Below are positions 12,150-25,202 of a DNA stretch of 64,000 bases, one piece after another. Source of the stretch: Mobula hypostoma. Lineage: Eukaryota. The stretch covers positions 92,816,001-92,880,000 of the forward strand of contig NC_086108.1 in NCBI RefSeq assembly GCF_963921235.1. Direction: 5' to 3'. Both the position numbers and the translations under genes were made by a program. The notes beneath the pieces are model-generated. The model was not told the origin of the DNA. It worked only from the letters and a program-made list of their open reading frames with translations, and did not search any database. Position 1 is the first letter of the stretch, and every line of letters begins with the position of its first letter.

Positions 12150-14750
12150 GGGGAGCATTCTAACTGGCTGCATCACCGCCTGATATTGGGGTGGGGTGGG
12201 GGGAGGGGACTTCTACACAAGATCGAAATAAGCTGTAGAGAGTTGTAAACTTAGTCAGTTGCATCATGGGCTCCAGCCTCCGTGGTATCCAGGTCACTCT
12301 CAAGGAGCGGTGCCTCAGAAAGGCGGCATCCATCGTTCAGGACCTCCATCACCCAGGACATGCCTTGTTCTCATTGCTACCATCAGGAAGGAAGTACAGA
12401 AGTGTGAAGTCACACACTCAATGATTTAGGGACAACTTTATGGAATAATGCCGAAGGTGCAGGATCAGTTCATTCCAAAGAGGAAGAAAGATCCTAAGGG
12501 GAGTAAGGGGAGGCCGTGGCTGACAAGGGAAGTAATGGACAGTATAAAAGTAAAAGAGAAGTATAACATAACAAAGACGAGTGGGAAGCCGGAGGATTGG
12601 GAAACTTTTAAAGAGCAACAGAAGGTAACTAAAAAGGCAATACGTGGAGAAAAAATGAGGTACGAAGGTAAACTAGCCAAGAATATAAAGGAAGATAGTA
12701 AAAGCTTCTTTAGGTATGTGAAAAGGAAAAAAATAGTTAAGACCAAAGTTGGGCCCTTGAAGACAGAAGCGGGTGAATTTATTATGGGGAACAAGGAAAT
12801 GGCAGACGAGTTGAACAGGTACTTTGGATCTGTCTTCACTAGGGAAGACACAAACAATCTCCCAGATATAATAGTGGCCAAAGGACCCAGGGTAATGGAT
12901 GAACTGAAGGAAATTTATATTAGGTAGGAAATGGTGTTGAATAGACTGTTGGGTCTGAAGGCTGATAAGTCCCCGGGACCTGATGGTCTGCATCCCAGGG
13001 TATTTAAGGAGGTGGTTTGAGAAATTGCGGACGCATTGGTAATCATTTTCCAATGTTCTATAGATTCAGGATCAGTTCCCGTGGATTGGAGGGTGGCTAA
13101 TGTCCCTCTCTTCAAGAAGGGAGGAAGAGAGAAAACAGGGAATTATAGAACGGTTAGCCTGACGTCAGTGGTGGGAAAGATGCTGGAGTCAATTATAAAA
13201 GATGAAATTACGACACACCTAGATAGCAGTAACAGGATCGGTCCAAGTCAGCATGGATTTATGAAGGGGAAATCTTGCTTGTCTAATCTTCTGGAATTTT
13301 TTGAGGATGTAACTATGAAAATGGACAAGGGAGAGCCAGTGGATGTAGTGTACCTGGACTTTCAGAAAACCTTTGATAAAGTCCCACATAGGAGATTAGT
13401 GGGCAAAATTAGAGCACATGGTATTGGGGGCAGAGCACTGACATGGATTGAAAATTGGCTGGCTGACAGAAAACAAAGAGTAGCGATTAACGGGTCCCTT
13501 TCGGAATGGCAGGCGGTGAACAGTGGGGTACCGCAAGGTTCAGTGCTGGGACCGCAGCTGTTTACAATATATATTAATGATTTAGATGAGGGAGTTAAAA
13601 GTAACATTAGCAAATTTGCCGATGACATAAAGCTGGGAGGCAGTGTGAAATGTGAGGAGGATGTTATGAGAATGCAGGGTGACTTGGACAGGCTGGGTGA
13701 GTGGGCAGATGCATGGCAGATGCAGTTTAATGTAGATAAATGTGAGGTTATCCACTTTGGTGGTAAGAACAGGAAGGCAGATTATTATCTAAATGGAGTC
13801 ATTAGAAAAAGGGGAAATACAACGAGATCTAGGTGTTCTTGTACATCAGTCACTGAAAGCAAGCATGCAAGTACAGCAGGCAGTGAAGAAAGCTAATGGC
13901 ATGCTGGCCTTTATAACAAGAGGAATTGAGTATAAGAGCAAAGAGGTCCTTCTGCAGCTGTACAGGGCCCTGGTGAGACCACACCTGGAGTACTGTGTGC
14001 AGTTTTGGTCTCCAAATTTGAGGAAGGACATTCTTGCTATTGAGGGAGTGCAGCGTAGGTTCACAAGGTTAATTCCCGGGATGGCGGGACTGTCATATGT
14101 CGAAAGATTGGAGTCACTGGGCTTGTATACTCTGGAATTTAGAAGGTTGAAAAGGGATCTTATTGAAACATATAAGATTATTAAGGGATTGGACATGCTG
14201 GAGGCAGGAAGCATGTTTCCGCTGATGGGTGAGTCCAGAACCAGAGGCCACAGTTTAAGAATAAGGGGTAGGCCATTTAGAACGGAGTTAAGGAAAAACT
14301 TTTTCACCCAGAGAGTGGTGGATATATGGAATGCTCTGCCCCAGAAGGCTGTGGAGGCCAAGTCTCTGGATGCTTTCAAGAAAGAGATGGATAGAGCTCT
14401 TAAAGATTGCGGAATCAAAGGTTATGGGGATAAGGCAGGAACTGGATACTGATTGTGGATGATCAGCCATGATCACAGTGAATGTCGGTGCTGGCTCGAA
14501 GGGCCGAATGGCCTACTCCTGCACCTATTGTCTATAACTTCTTTACCCTTTGCCATCTGATTTCTGAATGGACATTGAACCCATGGCCACCACCTCACTA
14601 CTTTTTTAATTTCTATTTTTGCACTATTTAATTTACAAATTTTATATATTTACTGTAATTCCTGTCTTTTTTCTATTATTATGCATTGTACTGCTGCCGC
14701 AAAGACAACAAATTTCACGAAATACGCTGGTGATATTAAACACGATCCTA
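12150..14750 (+). mobile_element. Rex1/Babar-like LINE 3' fragment split by a CR1 insertion
   Basis: 12150-12438 and 14536-14750 rejoin as continuous sequence (…gacaactt|ctttaccc…), homologous to the copy at 53150-54310. Confidence 0.72.
12439..14535 (+). mobile_element. Young CR1 LINE (5'-truncated ORF2 RT + 3' UTR)
   Basis: ORFs 12448-12927, 13036-13896 and 13793-14452 with [23 protein letters not shown] and LVRPHLEYC; few lesions. 3' end gcctactcctgcacctattgtctat. aactt duplication at 12434-12438 and 14536-14540. Confidence 0.93.
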
Positions 14751-15261
14751 ATACTATTATTATTTTAATAGAATAAAGCTTTCACCAAGAAGGAGGGTTG
14801 ATACAAGAGAATATAGATTAATAGGAGAAGCAAAAGAATTATGGGTTTGGGGGAGGGAAGGTGAGAATACGTCCCTCACTAAGTGCTGTGATACAGAAAG
14901 CAGAACGCTGAAGGGTTCCAGCGGCAGATCCAACGATAAACTTCAAAAGGGAACGAGATGCATACTTGAAAGGGAAATGCTTGGAGAGAGAATCCAGATG
15001 AGTTACAAGGCACCAGAACCATCACGTTTGGGTGAACAACCCCCATCTGTTCAGTACAATTGGATCCATGGTAAAGATGAGGCTGAACTGAACAAGAGTT
15101 TCAGATCGAGGAAGTTTATTGAATTATTTATCCAATTGCACTGTTATATCATCCCCCATCTTGGCTAATACTGTCAATCCCCCTTAAGACCACAATTTGG
15201 ATAAATGAGTGCTCATCTATTTTATATCCTGGGTGTGATATCTGGACAATGTAAAGCTAAT

Positions 15262-15956
15262 GGAGAAGATGGCGGAGGAGAAGATGGTGGCGCGACGGCA
15301 GCGCGCGCGGCCACTTTGGTGGTGATGTCTGTTATCTGTCAAGTAGGGGACCGTGCACAATCCTGATTTGATGGAGACAGACGTGAGAGTACGGAGGAAC
15401 ATCTGGAAAGCTTCTGAAATGCCCGCTTCGCTGCCGCTGCTACTGTGTGGTAACCGGAATCTCCGGAGCAGAACGCCCCGAAATCCTCGGCTTTGCGTGT
15501 TTTAGCGGCTGGGGCAAGGTCGAAGGCGCTCAGCAGAGGATGGCGCTCAGGAGGCTATATCGGAGAGGCTGGTCGGAAGCTCGAAGTTTTCAGATGGATG
15601 GACTCAATGTTGGCTGTGGTCGGCTGCTTCTAAGGCATTGGCAAGTTGATGGTGCCTGGAGGTTTATGGCAGGAAGTTTCTCCCTTTTGCCGCCTGCTAT
15701 CGGGGACTCGGGAGTCGATCAACTCGGGGACTTTTGAGACTTTATTTACCGTGCCCATGGTTTGTTCTTCATCAAATTATGGTATTGCTTTGCACTGCTG
15801 TAACTGTATGTTATAATTATGTGGTTCTGTCAGTGTTAGTCTTTGGTTTGTCCTGTTTTCTGTGATATCACTCCGGAGAAACAATGTATCATTTCTTAAT
15901 GCATGTATGCATTTCTATATGACAATAAAAGAGGACTGAGTGTTCTCATAATCTAA
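15262..15956 (+). mobile_element. Non-coding ~700-bp retroposon (CpG-rich head, AATAAA, taatc tail)
   Basis: Starts GGAGAAGATGGCGG, ends gacaataaaagaggactgagtgttctcataatc. ctaatgga is duplicated at both ends. Second copy at 23789-24399. Confidence 0.8.
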
Positions 15957-16079
15957 TGGAATTTAGATTACATTATTGACTTTCCATTGCACTAAACTGT
16001 ACCTTCAGGGTGGTTGTTTATAGCTCGAGATGGAGTGTCCACAGCAAAACAAATTTAGAGGAATCTCAGGAAATCTAAT

Positions 16080-16545
16080 GACCACAAGACATTGAAGCAG
16101 AATTAGGCCATTCAGCCCATCGAGTGTGCTCCGCATTCAATCATGGCTGATTTATTAAACTTCCCAACCCCATTCTCATGCCTTCTCCCCATAGTCTTCA
16201 TTGCTATTACTAATCAAGAACCCCTCAACCTCCACTCTAAATTTACTTAATGACTTGGCTTCCACAGCCATCAGTAGAAATTAATTCCGCATATTCACCA
16301 CCCCCTGCCTTAAAAAATAATTCCTCCTCATCTCTGTTCTAAAGGGACAGCCCTCTATTCTGAGGTTGTGCCCTCTGGTCCTGGACTCTAGGCCTTTTAT
16401 TATTCAATAGGCTTCGATGAGAGCTGCCCCACCCCCCACCACCATTCTTCTAAACTCCAATGAGTACAGGCCCAGAGCTATTAAATGTACCTCATTTTAA
16501 CCCTTTCATTCTGGGATGATTCTCGTGAAGCTCCCCTGGACCTTC
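16080..16545 (-). mobile_element. Degenerate CR1 3' fragment
   Basis: Reverse complement of the CR1 ORF2 C-terminus (RTRGHNLRI-like) and 3' UTR. Confidence 0.72.
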
Positions 16546-18739
16546 CTTTGTCTTTAGTGGATATCAAAGGGACAATCAATTTAAATCAGCTAGTCCCAAA
16601 TAAATAAGGATAATTATTAAATGCCACACTACCCTAACCAACTCTTTCAAAAATGTGATATCGTGGATAGAAGGTGCAGGGGGAAGAGAGAAAGAATGCT
16701 GTAGCTTCAGCTGGAGACATCTTCCCCTTAATTCTTGTTTTATAGAATCAGATTGACAATGAACAACATCAAGCTTTAGATCCTTAAATAGAATGAGTGG
16801 GCTTTGTCTTCAGTCCTTCTGCTTTGAAGAAAACAAGTTGCTGAGTTACTAAAGCAGGCTGTCCACCACAGAGTGAGAGAGAGCTGGACGATGATTTCTT
16901 TGGAAAAAATCAAAAGTGGCTCAATTGTTCCTCTTCCATTTCACTTTCAATAGGAACTTCTTTGTTCAAATCCAAACTGGACTCCGGCTAATCCCGAACA
17001 GCAAACCGATGACGCTAGCACATCTCTGTTAGAGCAACGTTAGCTTGTTGTTCAGGATTCGAAACAATCGCAAAAGAGGCTAAAAGCATCATAGGGCAAG
17101 GTTTGAGAATTTGTATCACTGCACATTTTATTGGTAAAAGTACGGGATGTGCATGGGATGTACAGAATTTCTGGCCAGCCACCAGCGATGACAATGGCAG
17201 CTGAGAGTCATGAGAACAGCACTGTGGCACATTTTCAGTTCCACTTTTTCCACGGACTGCTTGCTGTGAATAATCGCTGCTTTGTGCAGCAGTTGAACCG
17301 TGCGGTAGAATAAGAGATACGTTGCAATGCATTGAGGCCATGGGTCAATGGCTGTCATGGCAACAGCAGATCCTGCTTTTACAATCTAAGTGTTTACGCC
17401 AGAAGCATACCTTGGAACAACCAAGAGGCCGAAGGAAGCTTCTTGCCATCGTCCAAGATACTAAGTTCTGCAAGGAAACTGGGGGCCAACTGTAAGCACA
17501 GGACAGAAAACATCCCGCAGTATCTAAAACCCAAGGGCAATTGAGCTTCAGTAGATTTCTGGCAGTCATTTCCAACTTCAATAGAGAAATGAGAGCAGTT
17601 AGGTAACCTTACAGCTATCAGCAACACAGTTTTTCTCTGATACATTTGACCCTCTCTGCCTTCTTTGTAGTGAAGACATTTATTATTACATCTTGACATA
17701 GAAAATAACACAAGGAAAGGTGAGTGCAGGTGGCAGATCAAAGAAAAACACATTAAGGAATAGTTGCAAAATTATTAAGCTCTGTTAGAAAGGAGGAATG
17801 AAGATAAGAAATCTAACTTCAAATAGTTTAAAAAATTTTTTTCAAAGAAATAAGATTTAATCTCTTTAAGAATGGCATGGAATGCACTTTGAAAATTAAA
17901 CATTATGGTAAACATACATACCAAAAAAAAGTTAGCAGAAAGATTGAGGAATTAATTTAAAAGTATATTGACTAGAAGACATTTTAAATCTTGATTGAAG
18001 CAGAAAATTGCAATAACTGGTTTAGCTCTTGAAGTTGTACGTAGGGGTATTACAGCTTCAGTACTTGTTGGTCAAAGGGTTCCTCTTTCCCTGGCTCTCT
18101 GATAAACCTTTGACCTTCTACCATTCATACTTGGTCCTCTAGCCATGAAAGGCATAGCTGGATCAATGGGCTTGCTTAGTGCACCATTCAAACCGCAGAC
18201 ATAAGCTGCAGCCTTGAAGTTTAACCAATGGAACAGATTTCAATTTGAAAAGGAGAAATTATGTTTCGGCGTCGAGAGGTAAGTAGGAGAACGGGTGTCA
18301 CTGCTTTCTGCAAAATGTCTTGGAAAAAGGCTGTCACAGTGGAAGGACTTGTTTTCAACTTAAAGGCATGCAGTTCTGTTTAGTAGGGATTATTAGATCA
18401 GTATGCATGGGCATGACCAGTTTTGAAGAGATGCCAGAAACTCTTCTCCCTCATTTCTTTAGATGATCTGTGAAACTTATCCAAGTTTCTATAGTTTGTG
18501 AAAATCAATAGATTTGTACAAGAATGATACTTAAAATGTTTAATTAAAAATGTTAATCAGACACAACATCAAATGTAGACATGAAGAAATATTTTTGTAG
18601 GCCAAAAATTATAATAAAAATGATGGGATCTATTCAACACAGTAGACCGGCAGAGGCTCGACTGAAATATCTTGGTCCTCTAGGACGGAAGAAAAACTAC
18701 TGTCTTTGTCTCCTGCTGGTGACTGTCAGACCATTGACC

Positions 18740-19145
18740 CATCACTGGAATTTAGAAGAATGCGGGGGGGGGATCTCATTGAAGCCTACCAAATGTTTTC
18801 AGGACTAGATAAGGTGGATGAAGAGAGGATGTTTCCTTTGGTTGGGGTGTCCAGAACTAGAGGGCACAGCCTCAGAATTGAGGGGTAACCCTTTAGAACA
18901 GAGGTAAGCAGGAATTTTTTTTAGCAAGAGAGTAGTGAATCTGTGAAATACTTTGCCACAGACTGCCATGGAGACTAAGACTGTGGGTATATTTAAAGGA
19001 AAAATTGATAGTTTCTTGATTGGTCAGGGCAAAGGATATGGTGAGAAAGGAGGTTAATGGAGTTGAGTGGGGTCCAGGATCTGCCAGAATTGGAATGCTG
19101 GAACAGCTGAATGGTCTAATTCTGCTTCTATGTCGTATGGTCTAA
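18740..19145 (+). mobile_element. CR1 3' fragment
   Basis: SLEFRRMRGGDLIEAYQMFSGLDKVDEERMFPLVGVSRTRGHSLRIEG followed by a CR1 3' UTR. Confidence 0.8.
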
Positions 19146-20001
19146 GAAATAGGATAAGGACTAGTGCATCCTTCTCCACACCCTCTTGACAAATCCACAG
19201 TCTACAAAGAACATAAGACATAGCAGCAGAATTAGGCATCTTGGCCCATCGAGTCTGCTCTGCCATTCGATCATTGATGACATTTTCTCTCTGAACCCCT
19301 CTTGCCTTCTCCCTGGATGACCATTTCTTCCCCACGGCAGCCATTCTAAGGGCAATATACGTTGGGGTTAGGGTTGCTGTCTGGACAGGAATAATCTGTC
19401 TGTGAGGGCCCCGTCATTGCCAGCCAGGGTGCTTGTTGGTGATTTCCATCAAGGAGGCATTCTGTGCTTTTCTGTACTGTGTGACTGCACTGTTGCAACA
19501 TAAAGTTTTTCACAACTTGCTGGTGTTTAGAAGAGTGATGGGCGTGGAGGAGGATCTCATTGATATTTGAAGGCCTAGAGAGTGGACATGGAGAGGATGT
19601 TTTCTCTCACAGGGAATCTCGCACTAGACAGCAGAGTCTCAGAATTCAAGGACGTCACTTTGGAACAGAGATGAGGAGGAATTTCTTTAGCTACATAGTG
19701 GTTGAATCTGTGGAATTCATTGCCACAGACGGCTGTGGAGGCCAAGTCATTGGGTATATTAAAAGCGTAAGTTGATAGGTTCTTGATTAGTAAGGATGTC
19801 AAAGGTTATGGGGAGAAGGCAGGAGAATGGGGTTGAGAGGGATAATAAATCAGCCATTTTGAAATGGCAGAGCAGACTTGATGAGCCAAATAGTCTTATG
19901 TGACAATAATAACTAATTTACCAGTTTAAGAGTCTATGTTTTTTTGAACTGTCTTTCTAACAGGAATTGTACTAGCCACATTTTTTCCAAGAGAGATGTA
20001 C

Positions 20002-20085
20002 CTGGTTCAGATATCGAAGCCACTTTTCCCAGCAGCATAGACAACACTGGCAGCACTTGAGTAGACATCTGGCACAGGTATTTTC
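20002..20085 (-). CDS. SLC44A3: SLC44A3 internal coding exon (Cys-rich segment)
   Basis: Acceptor ctctttcAG, donor GTacat. 84 bp, phase 0/0. Encodes ENTCARCLLKCCQCCLCCWEKWLRYLNQ. Confidence 0.93.
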
Positions 20086-20654
20086 CTGAAAGAGAGAGTG
20101 AGAGAGAGAGAGCAGTAGAATCCATGAAATCAAAAATCACCACCAAATCCAAAATATTCCCCATTCCATTTCAGTATTCATTCAAACTTTATTTTGCTTT
20201 GCATGACAGTTTATTCAAACTCTTGAAAAATTCAGAACTCCAGATTCAGAGCCATTTATAATTCAGAATGCTGGATAGTTTAGACATTATAAAGTTGACC
20301 AGGCATGCCATGTTAGGACACTGGCAAAGCCTTTGGAGATATTTGAACTCGGTTCCAGAGTGGCAGAGATCTCCCAGCAAGACAGTAGATGAACAAATCA
20401 TGGTAAATGCCACATTGATGATAAAAGATCAGTCGAAAACTTCTAAAGTGATTGGTATATGGTAGGAGTTTCTAAAAATAAATGAGATTTCAATATAAAA
20501 ATTGGAGGAAATCCAAAATAAAAACAGAAAAAGCTGGAAACACTCAGTAGGTCACACAGGGTCTGTGCAAAGAGAAATCTTTGTATGAGGATCATTCATC
20601 CGAATGGTTCCGACAAAGGATGTCGAACGTAAATCATTAATTTTTTAAATTAAT

Positions 20655-20912
20655 TGATATATAGTGTCAATAAGTCCTCTGGCCCTTCGAGCCACACCCC
20701 CCCAGCAATTCCCCAATTTAATCCTAGCCTAATTACAGGACAATTTACAATTAGCCTACCAACCGGTACATCTTTGATCTGTGGGAGGAAACAAGAGCAC
20801 CCAGAGAAAACCCACGCGGTCACGGGGAGAACGTTACAGGCAGCGGCGGGAATTGAACCTGGGTTGCTGGTACTAGAAAGCGTTGTGCTGACCACTACGC
20901 TACTGTGCCACC
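20655..20912 (-). mobile_element. tRNA-derived V-SINE (HE1-like)
   Basis: Head gggtggcacagtagcgtagtggtcagcac, B box ggttcaattccc, V-domain-like core and CR1-like tail. Confidence 0.82.
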
Positions 20913-22059
20913 CATGAACTCTGTCTTTCTCTTTCGACTGATGCTGCCTGACCTGCTAAGTACTTTCAACATGTTCTCCTTTGATTGGAGCTTTCAAAAG
21001 CACCACTACAAGCACAAGTGCATCAGGGAAGCGACAGCAGTAAAGTAGCATAGCAGGAGATTTCCCTGCACTGTTCTGTCAGTGATGGTTCAGAGTCAGA
21101 CATCTCAAGGACAATGGGAGCAGGAAAATCAGGAGAGAAATCCGAGAATATAGAGGAACAGTGCTTAAAATAATTCACATGATACAGATCTTTACCGGGC
21201 TGATTGATTCAAAATTGATTTTAGCCTGGGTAATTTATGTTTCCTTCCTGGTCAACTTGTACTTATCCTGAGGCAAGTGACAGCCCAAAGGTCATTCCAC
21301 CAAGTGCAGATCATAAGTCAGGAGTTATCCACTTACTCCGATGCGTACGGCAACAGCAGTTCCCAAGAAGTTACCAAGTAGTTGGGGGTTCAAGTCCATC
21401 AATCCCTCAAAGTTACCGCGCAGGCTGAAGGGGTGGTTACGAAGCTCTACGATGTTGATCTTCATTGGTCAGGTGAATGAAGTCAAGAGCCGTGAGGCTA
21501 CGTTGCAGCTCTATGAAACTCTGGCTAGACCCATCCTTAGGATCAGTACTAGTCACCTCATCATGGGAAGGATTTGGAAGTTTTAGAGAGGGTGCAGTGG
21601 AGATCTACTGGGATGCTGCCTGGAACTAGACGGCATGCCTTACCAGGAAAAGTTAATTGAGCTGGAGTGTTTCTCTTTGGAGTGACAGAAGATGAGAGGT
21701 GACGTGACAGAGGTAGATAAGAGGCATAGATGGAGTGGACAGCCAGCGTCTCTATTCCAGAGCGGCGATGGCCAAAACCAGGCAGCATCAGTTTAAGGTG
21801 TGTGGAGGAAAGCTTAGCGAGATGTCAGAGGTAGACTTTATTTTAAACTCACCCACATTGAATAGTAATTGCCTGGAACGCACTGCCATGGATGGTGGTG
21901 GAGCCTGATATAGGAGGGGCATTTTAAAGACTCTGAGATAAGGCATATGGGTGAAAGAAAAATGGAGAGTGATAAGCGGAGTGGGAGGGAACTATATTGA
22001 TTCTGGAGTAGGTCTGGCATGACATTATAGTCCGAATGGCCTGTACTGTTCTGTGACAC

Positions 22060-22625
22060 AAACACAAGGTGAAAGGTGAAACTGGGAGATGGGGGAGGGG
22101 GTGAAGTAAAGAGCTGGGAAGTTGATTGGTGAAGAGACAAAGGGTCCTTTCTCCAGCCTTTCATCTCTTTCACCAATCAACGCCTCAGTTTTTTATGTCA
22201 CCCCACCCCCCCCTCCTGGTTTCACCTGTCCCCTGCCATCTTGTACTTCTTCCACCCTCTTCCCTCCATTTCTTACTCTGACTTCTCCTCTTCCTGTCCA
22301 GTCCTGATGAAGGCTCTTGGCCCAAAACATCGACTGTTTACACTTCTCCATAGATGCTGCCTGGCCTGCTGAGTTCCTCCAGTATTTTATGTATACTGTT
22401 CTATGTTCTAAGTACAGCATCACTGTGTAGGAAGAAAGAATTAAAAGGAATAGTTTGACAACACACGCCAAACACTGGAGGAACCCAGCAAGTCAGGCAG
22501 CATCTATGGAGAGGAATTAACAATCAACGTTTTGGGCTGAAACTCTTCATCAGGACCAATCCTGATGGTCCTCCAGCATTTTGTGTGTTTCGCTCAATGT
22601 TTCTGCATCCGAGGAATCTCTTGTG
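22060..22625. mobile_element. Older fold-back Penelope terminal fragments with degenerate hammerhead motifs
   Basis: 22060-22230 is an imperfect inverted repeat. cagtcCTGATGAaggctcttggcccAAAACatcgactg at about 22299-22336 (+) and a reverse copy at about 22522-22557. Confidence 0.7.
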
Positions 22626-23788
22626 GTTATTAGTTCGGAGTTTAATTCCCAGTTTCATTAGTCTGGCACTGCATCATGGGACAGCGGCCTGTTCCTGTAC
22701 TGTACTGTTCTATGTTCTGCCTGGTAGTGCAGAACACTTTACTGTACCTGCAACCCAGGTTCGACTCCTGCCACTACCTGTAAGGAGTTTGTACACTCTC
22801 ACTGTGTCCTCGTGGGTTTCCTCTGGGTGGTCCGGTTTACTCCCACAGTCCAAAGATGCTGGTAGCTTAACTGGACATAGTAAATTGTCCTGTAATTAAG
22901 CTAGGATTAAATCAGGGAATTGCTGGGCAGCACAGTTTGAAGGGCCGGAAGGGCCTATTGCATGTTGTATCTCAATAAGTGAGTAAGCCTATCAGAAAAT
23001 CCTAGCACTAAGGAGCCAGTTGTAACGTTAAAATAAGGATCGAGATTCAAGGTGGGGCAGAGAGAAGAAAGAATCTAAAATCATCACCAATCCAGATTCA
23101 GATAGGTTCCCTGATAGTTCAAAGTCATTCTGTACAGCACAGCACCTCAGGAAGAGAGAAACATGACTAGAACAACAAAATGCCAAAGAGCAGGTTCACT
23201 TTCGATTGACAGACAGGTAAACGTTCCAGGGAATTCCTTAGTGAGATCATGATAACAGAAGAAAAATAAACTGAAGCGAGCAGGATATGCAGTATCTGTG
23301 GCTCTGGAGATTGAAGCCAGGGAGGCGGAACTTCTGTGCAAACGTAAACATCTCCAGATTCTTTGGAGCAGAAGCTGATGTAAAAGGTGTAAGTGAGAGA
23401 CAGTGGAGGAGGAGGGTAACTGGGACAGCGGATGGACAGTATTCAGGTCACCTCTGTCACTGGCCGAGGAGAAGGTGGTGGCGGCCCTGGACAGTGAAAG
23501 GTTTTGCTGCTGCTTTCCAGCTTTCAAAACCAGCAACAGCTTTGATCACACACAGGTCTTGAGCAGTTAGTTACCATCTCCTTAACAATTCGCCTTGCAC
23601 AACAACACCACCTTACAAGTTGAAAGTTTCAAATTCACAGCCACACTGGATGGTGAGGTTCGAACATGTGGAAGAATGTAGGATTACAGGAGGTCACAGG
23701 ACACAGAGAGTTACAAGCAGTTTCTGCATTCACCATCTGTTTACAGTCCCAAGTATTGATCAAACCCACTTACTAATTAATCTCAGGA

Positions 23789-24399
23789 GGGAGGAGATGG
23801 TGGCATGACGCAGCGGCCACTCCGGTGGTGATGTCTGTTATCTGTTAAGTAGGGTGCCGTGCACAATCCTGATTTGATGGAGACAGACGTGAGAGCACGG
23901 AGGAACATCTCGTGAAACTTCTGAAATGCCTGTTTCGCTGCCGCTGCTACTGTGTGATCCAGAATCTCCGGAGGGGAAGGCCCTGAGTCCTCGGCTTTGC
24001 TTGTTGCTCAGCGGCCGGGGCGGGGTCAAAGCGCTCGGCGGAGATGTTACTTGGTGCTCGGTGTCGGAGGCTCGAAGTTTTCGGATGGACTCAGAGTTGG
24101 CTGCGGTCGTGTGCTTCCAATGGTGCTGCAAGGTTGCGGCACTTCCGTCTGCGTGAGATGATGGGGCTATTGGGACTTGAGACTTTTTTTTACCGTGCCC
24201 ATGGTCTGCTCTTTATCAAATTAAGGTATTGCTTTGCACTGTTGTAACTATATGTTATAATTATGTGGTTTTGTCTGTTTAGTCTTGGTTTGTCCTGTGT
24301 TTCTGTGGTATCTTTCTGGAGGAACATTGTATCATATTTTTAATGCATGCATTTCTAAATGACAATAAACGAGGACTGAGTGTCCTCATAATTTAATCT
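23789..24399 (+). mobile_element. Second copy of the non-coding retroposon family seen at 15262
   Basis: Alignable head and tail. 27-bp flanking duplication (23762-23788 and 24400-24426, 3 C/T differences). Confidence 0.82.
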
Positions 24400-25202
24400 A
24401 AACTCATTTACTAATTAATTTCAGGAAGGCACCATGGGTGAGTTGGGCCGTAGGGCCTGTTACAGTACTGTAGAACTCTACGACTACTAAAGCAGTTGGA
24501 TAGAACTGCAAAGGTCAAATGACACTGAAGGCCTGTTGCTCAAGTGGCTAATCTATGCAATCCACAACAAGAAAATGGCACGTCCATGTGTGTGCACGCT
24601 TGAGAGAAATGCATACGTATGTATGTATGCATGCAAATATGTAAAACCACGTGCACATTGATGCATGTATACATAACATTTATTAGTTTGTCTCTGCTTT
24701 GTGTGTTTGCCTCAGTGCGCTGTATGTTGTGTGTATACCTGTCTGCTTGTGGTGATAAATAAAATGTAACGACAGAATGCTAATCAATCACTTTCTGCTG
24801 TCACTGTTGCTCCAGCAAACCAGGCTCAGGAAGTACAAAACATAAGAAAATCTAGCAAATGAAGATAGTCCAAACATGAGATTTTTGCGGATGATGGAAA
24901 TCCAGAGTAATACACACAAAATATTGCAGGCACTCAGCAGGCCAGGCTGCATTTATGGGAAGGAATGAACAGTTTTGTTTCAGCCTGAAACCCTTCATCG
25001 GAACTAGAAATGAAAGGGGGGGGGGGAAGAACCATAAAAGCTCTGATTCACTTCCTCCATCCTCCTCTCCCATGGTCCACTGGCCTTTCAAATCAGATTT
25101 CTTCATCTTCAGCCCTTTACCTCTTCCACCAATCACCTCCCAGCTGCTTACTTCATCACAACTTCCCCACCCACCTACCTTCCCCCTCAACTGGTTTCAC
25201 CT

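Noticed and set aside
13846..14418. 190-aa antisense ORF (and similar ones at 26-292 and 12465-12881)
   Set aside because: Shadow frames opposite CR1 ORF2.
17015..17753. Cluster of overlapping 60-119 aa ORFs
   Set aside because: No homology-like motifs or coherent splice structure; consistent with chance ORFs.
23100..23562. GC-moderate stretch with ORFs on both strands
   Set aside because: Translations are low-information and there is no exon phase need in SLC44A3; cannot support a gene.
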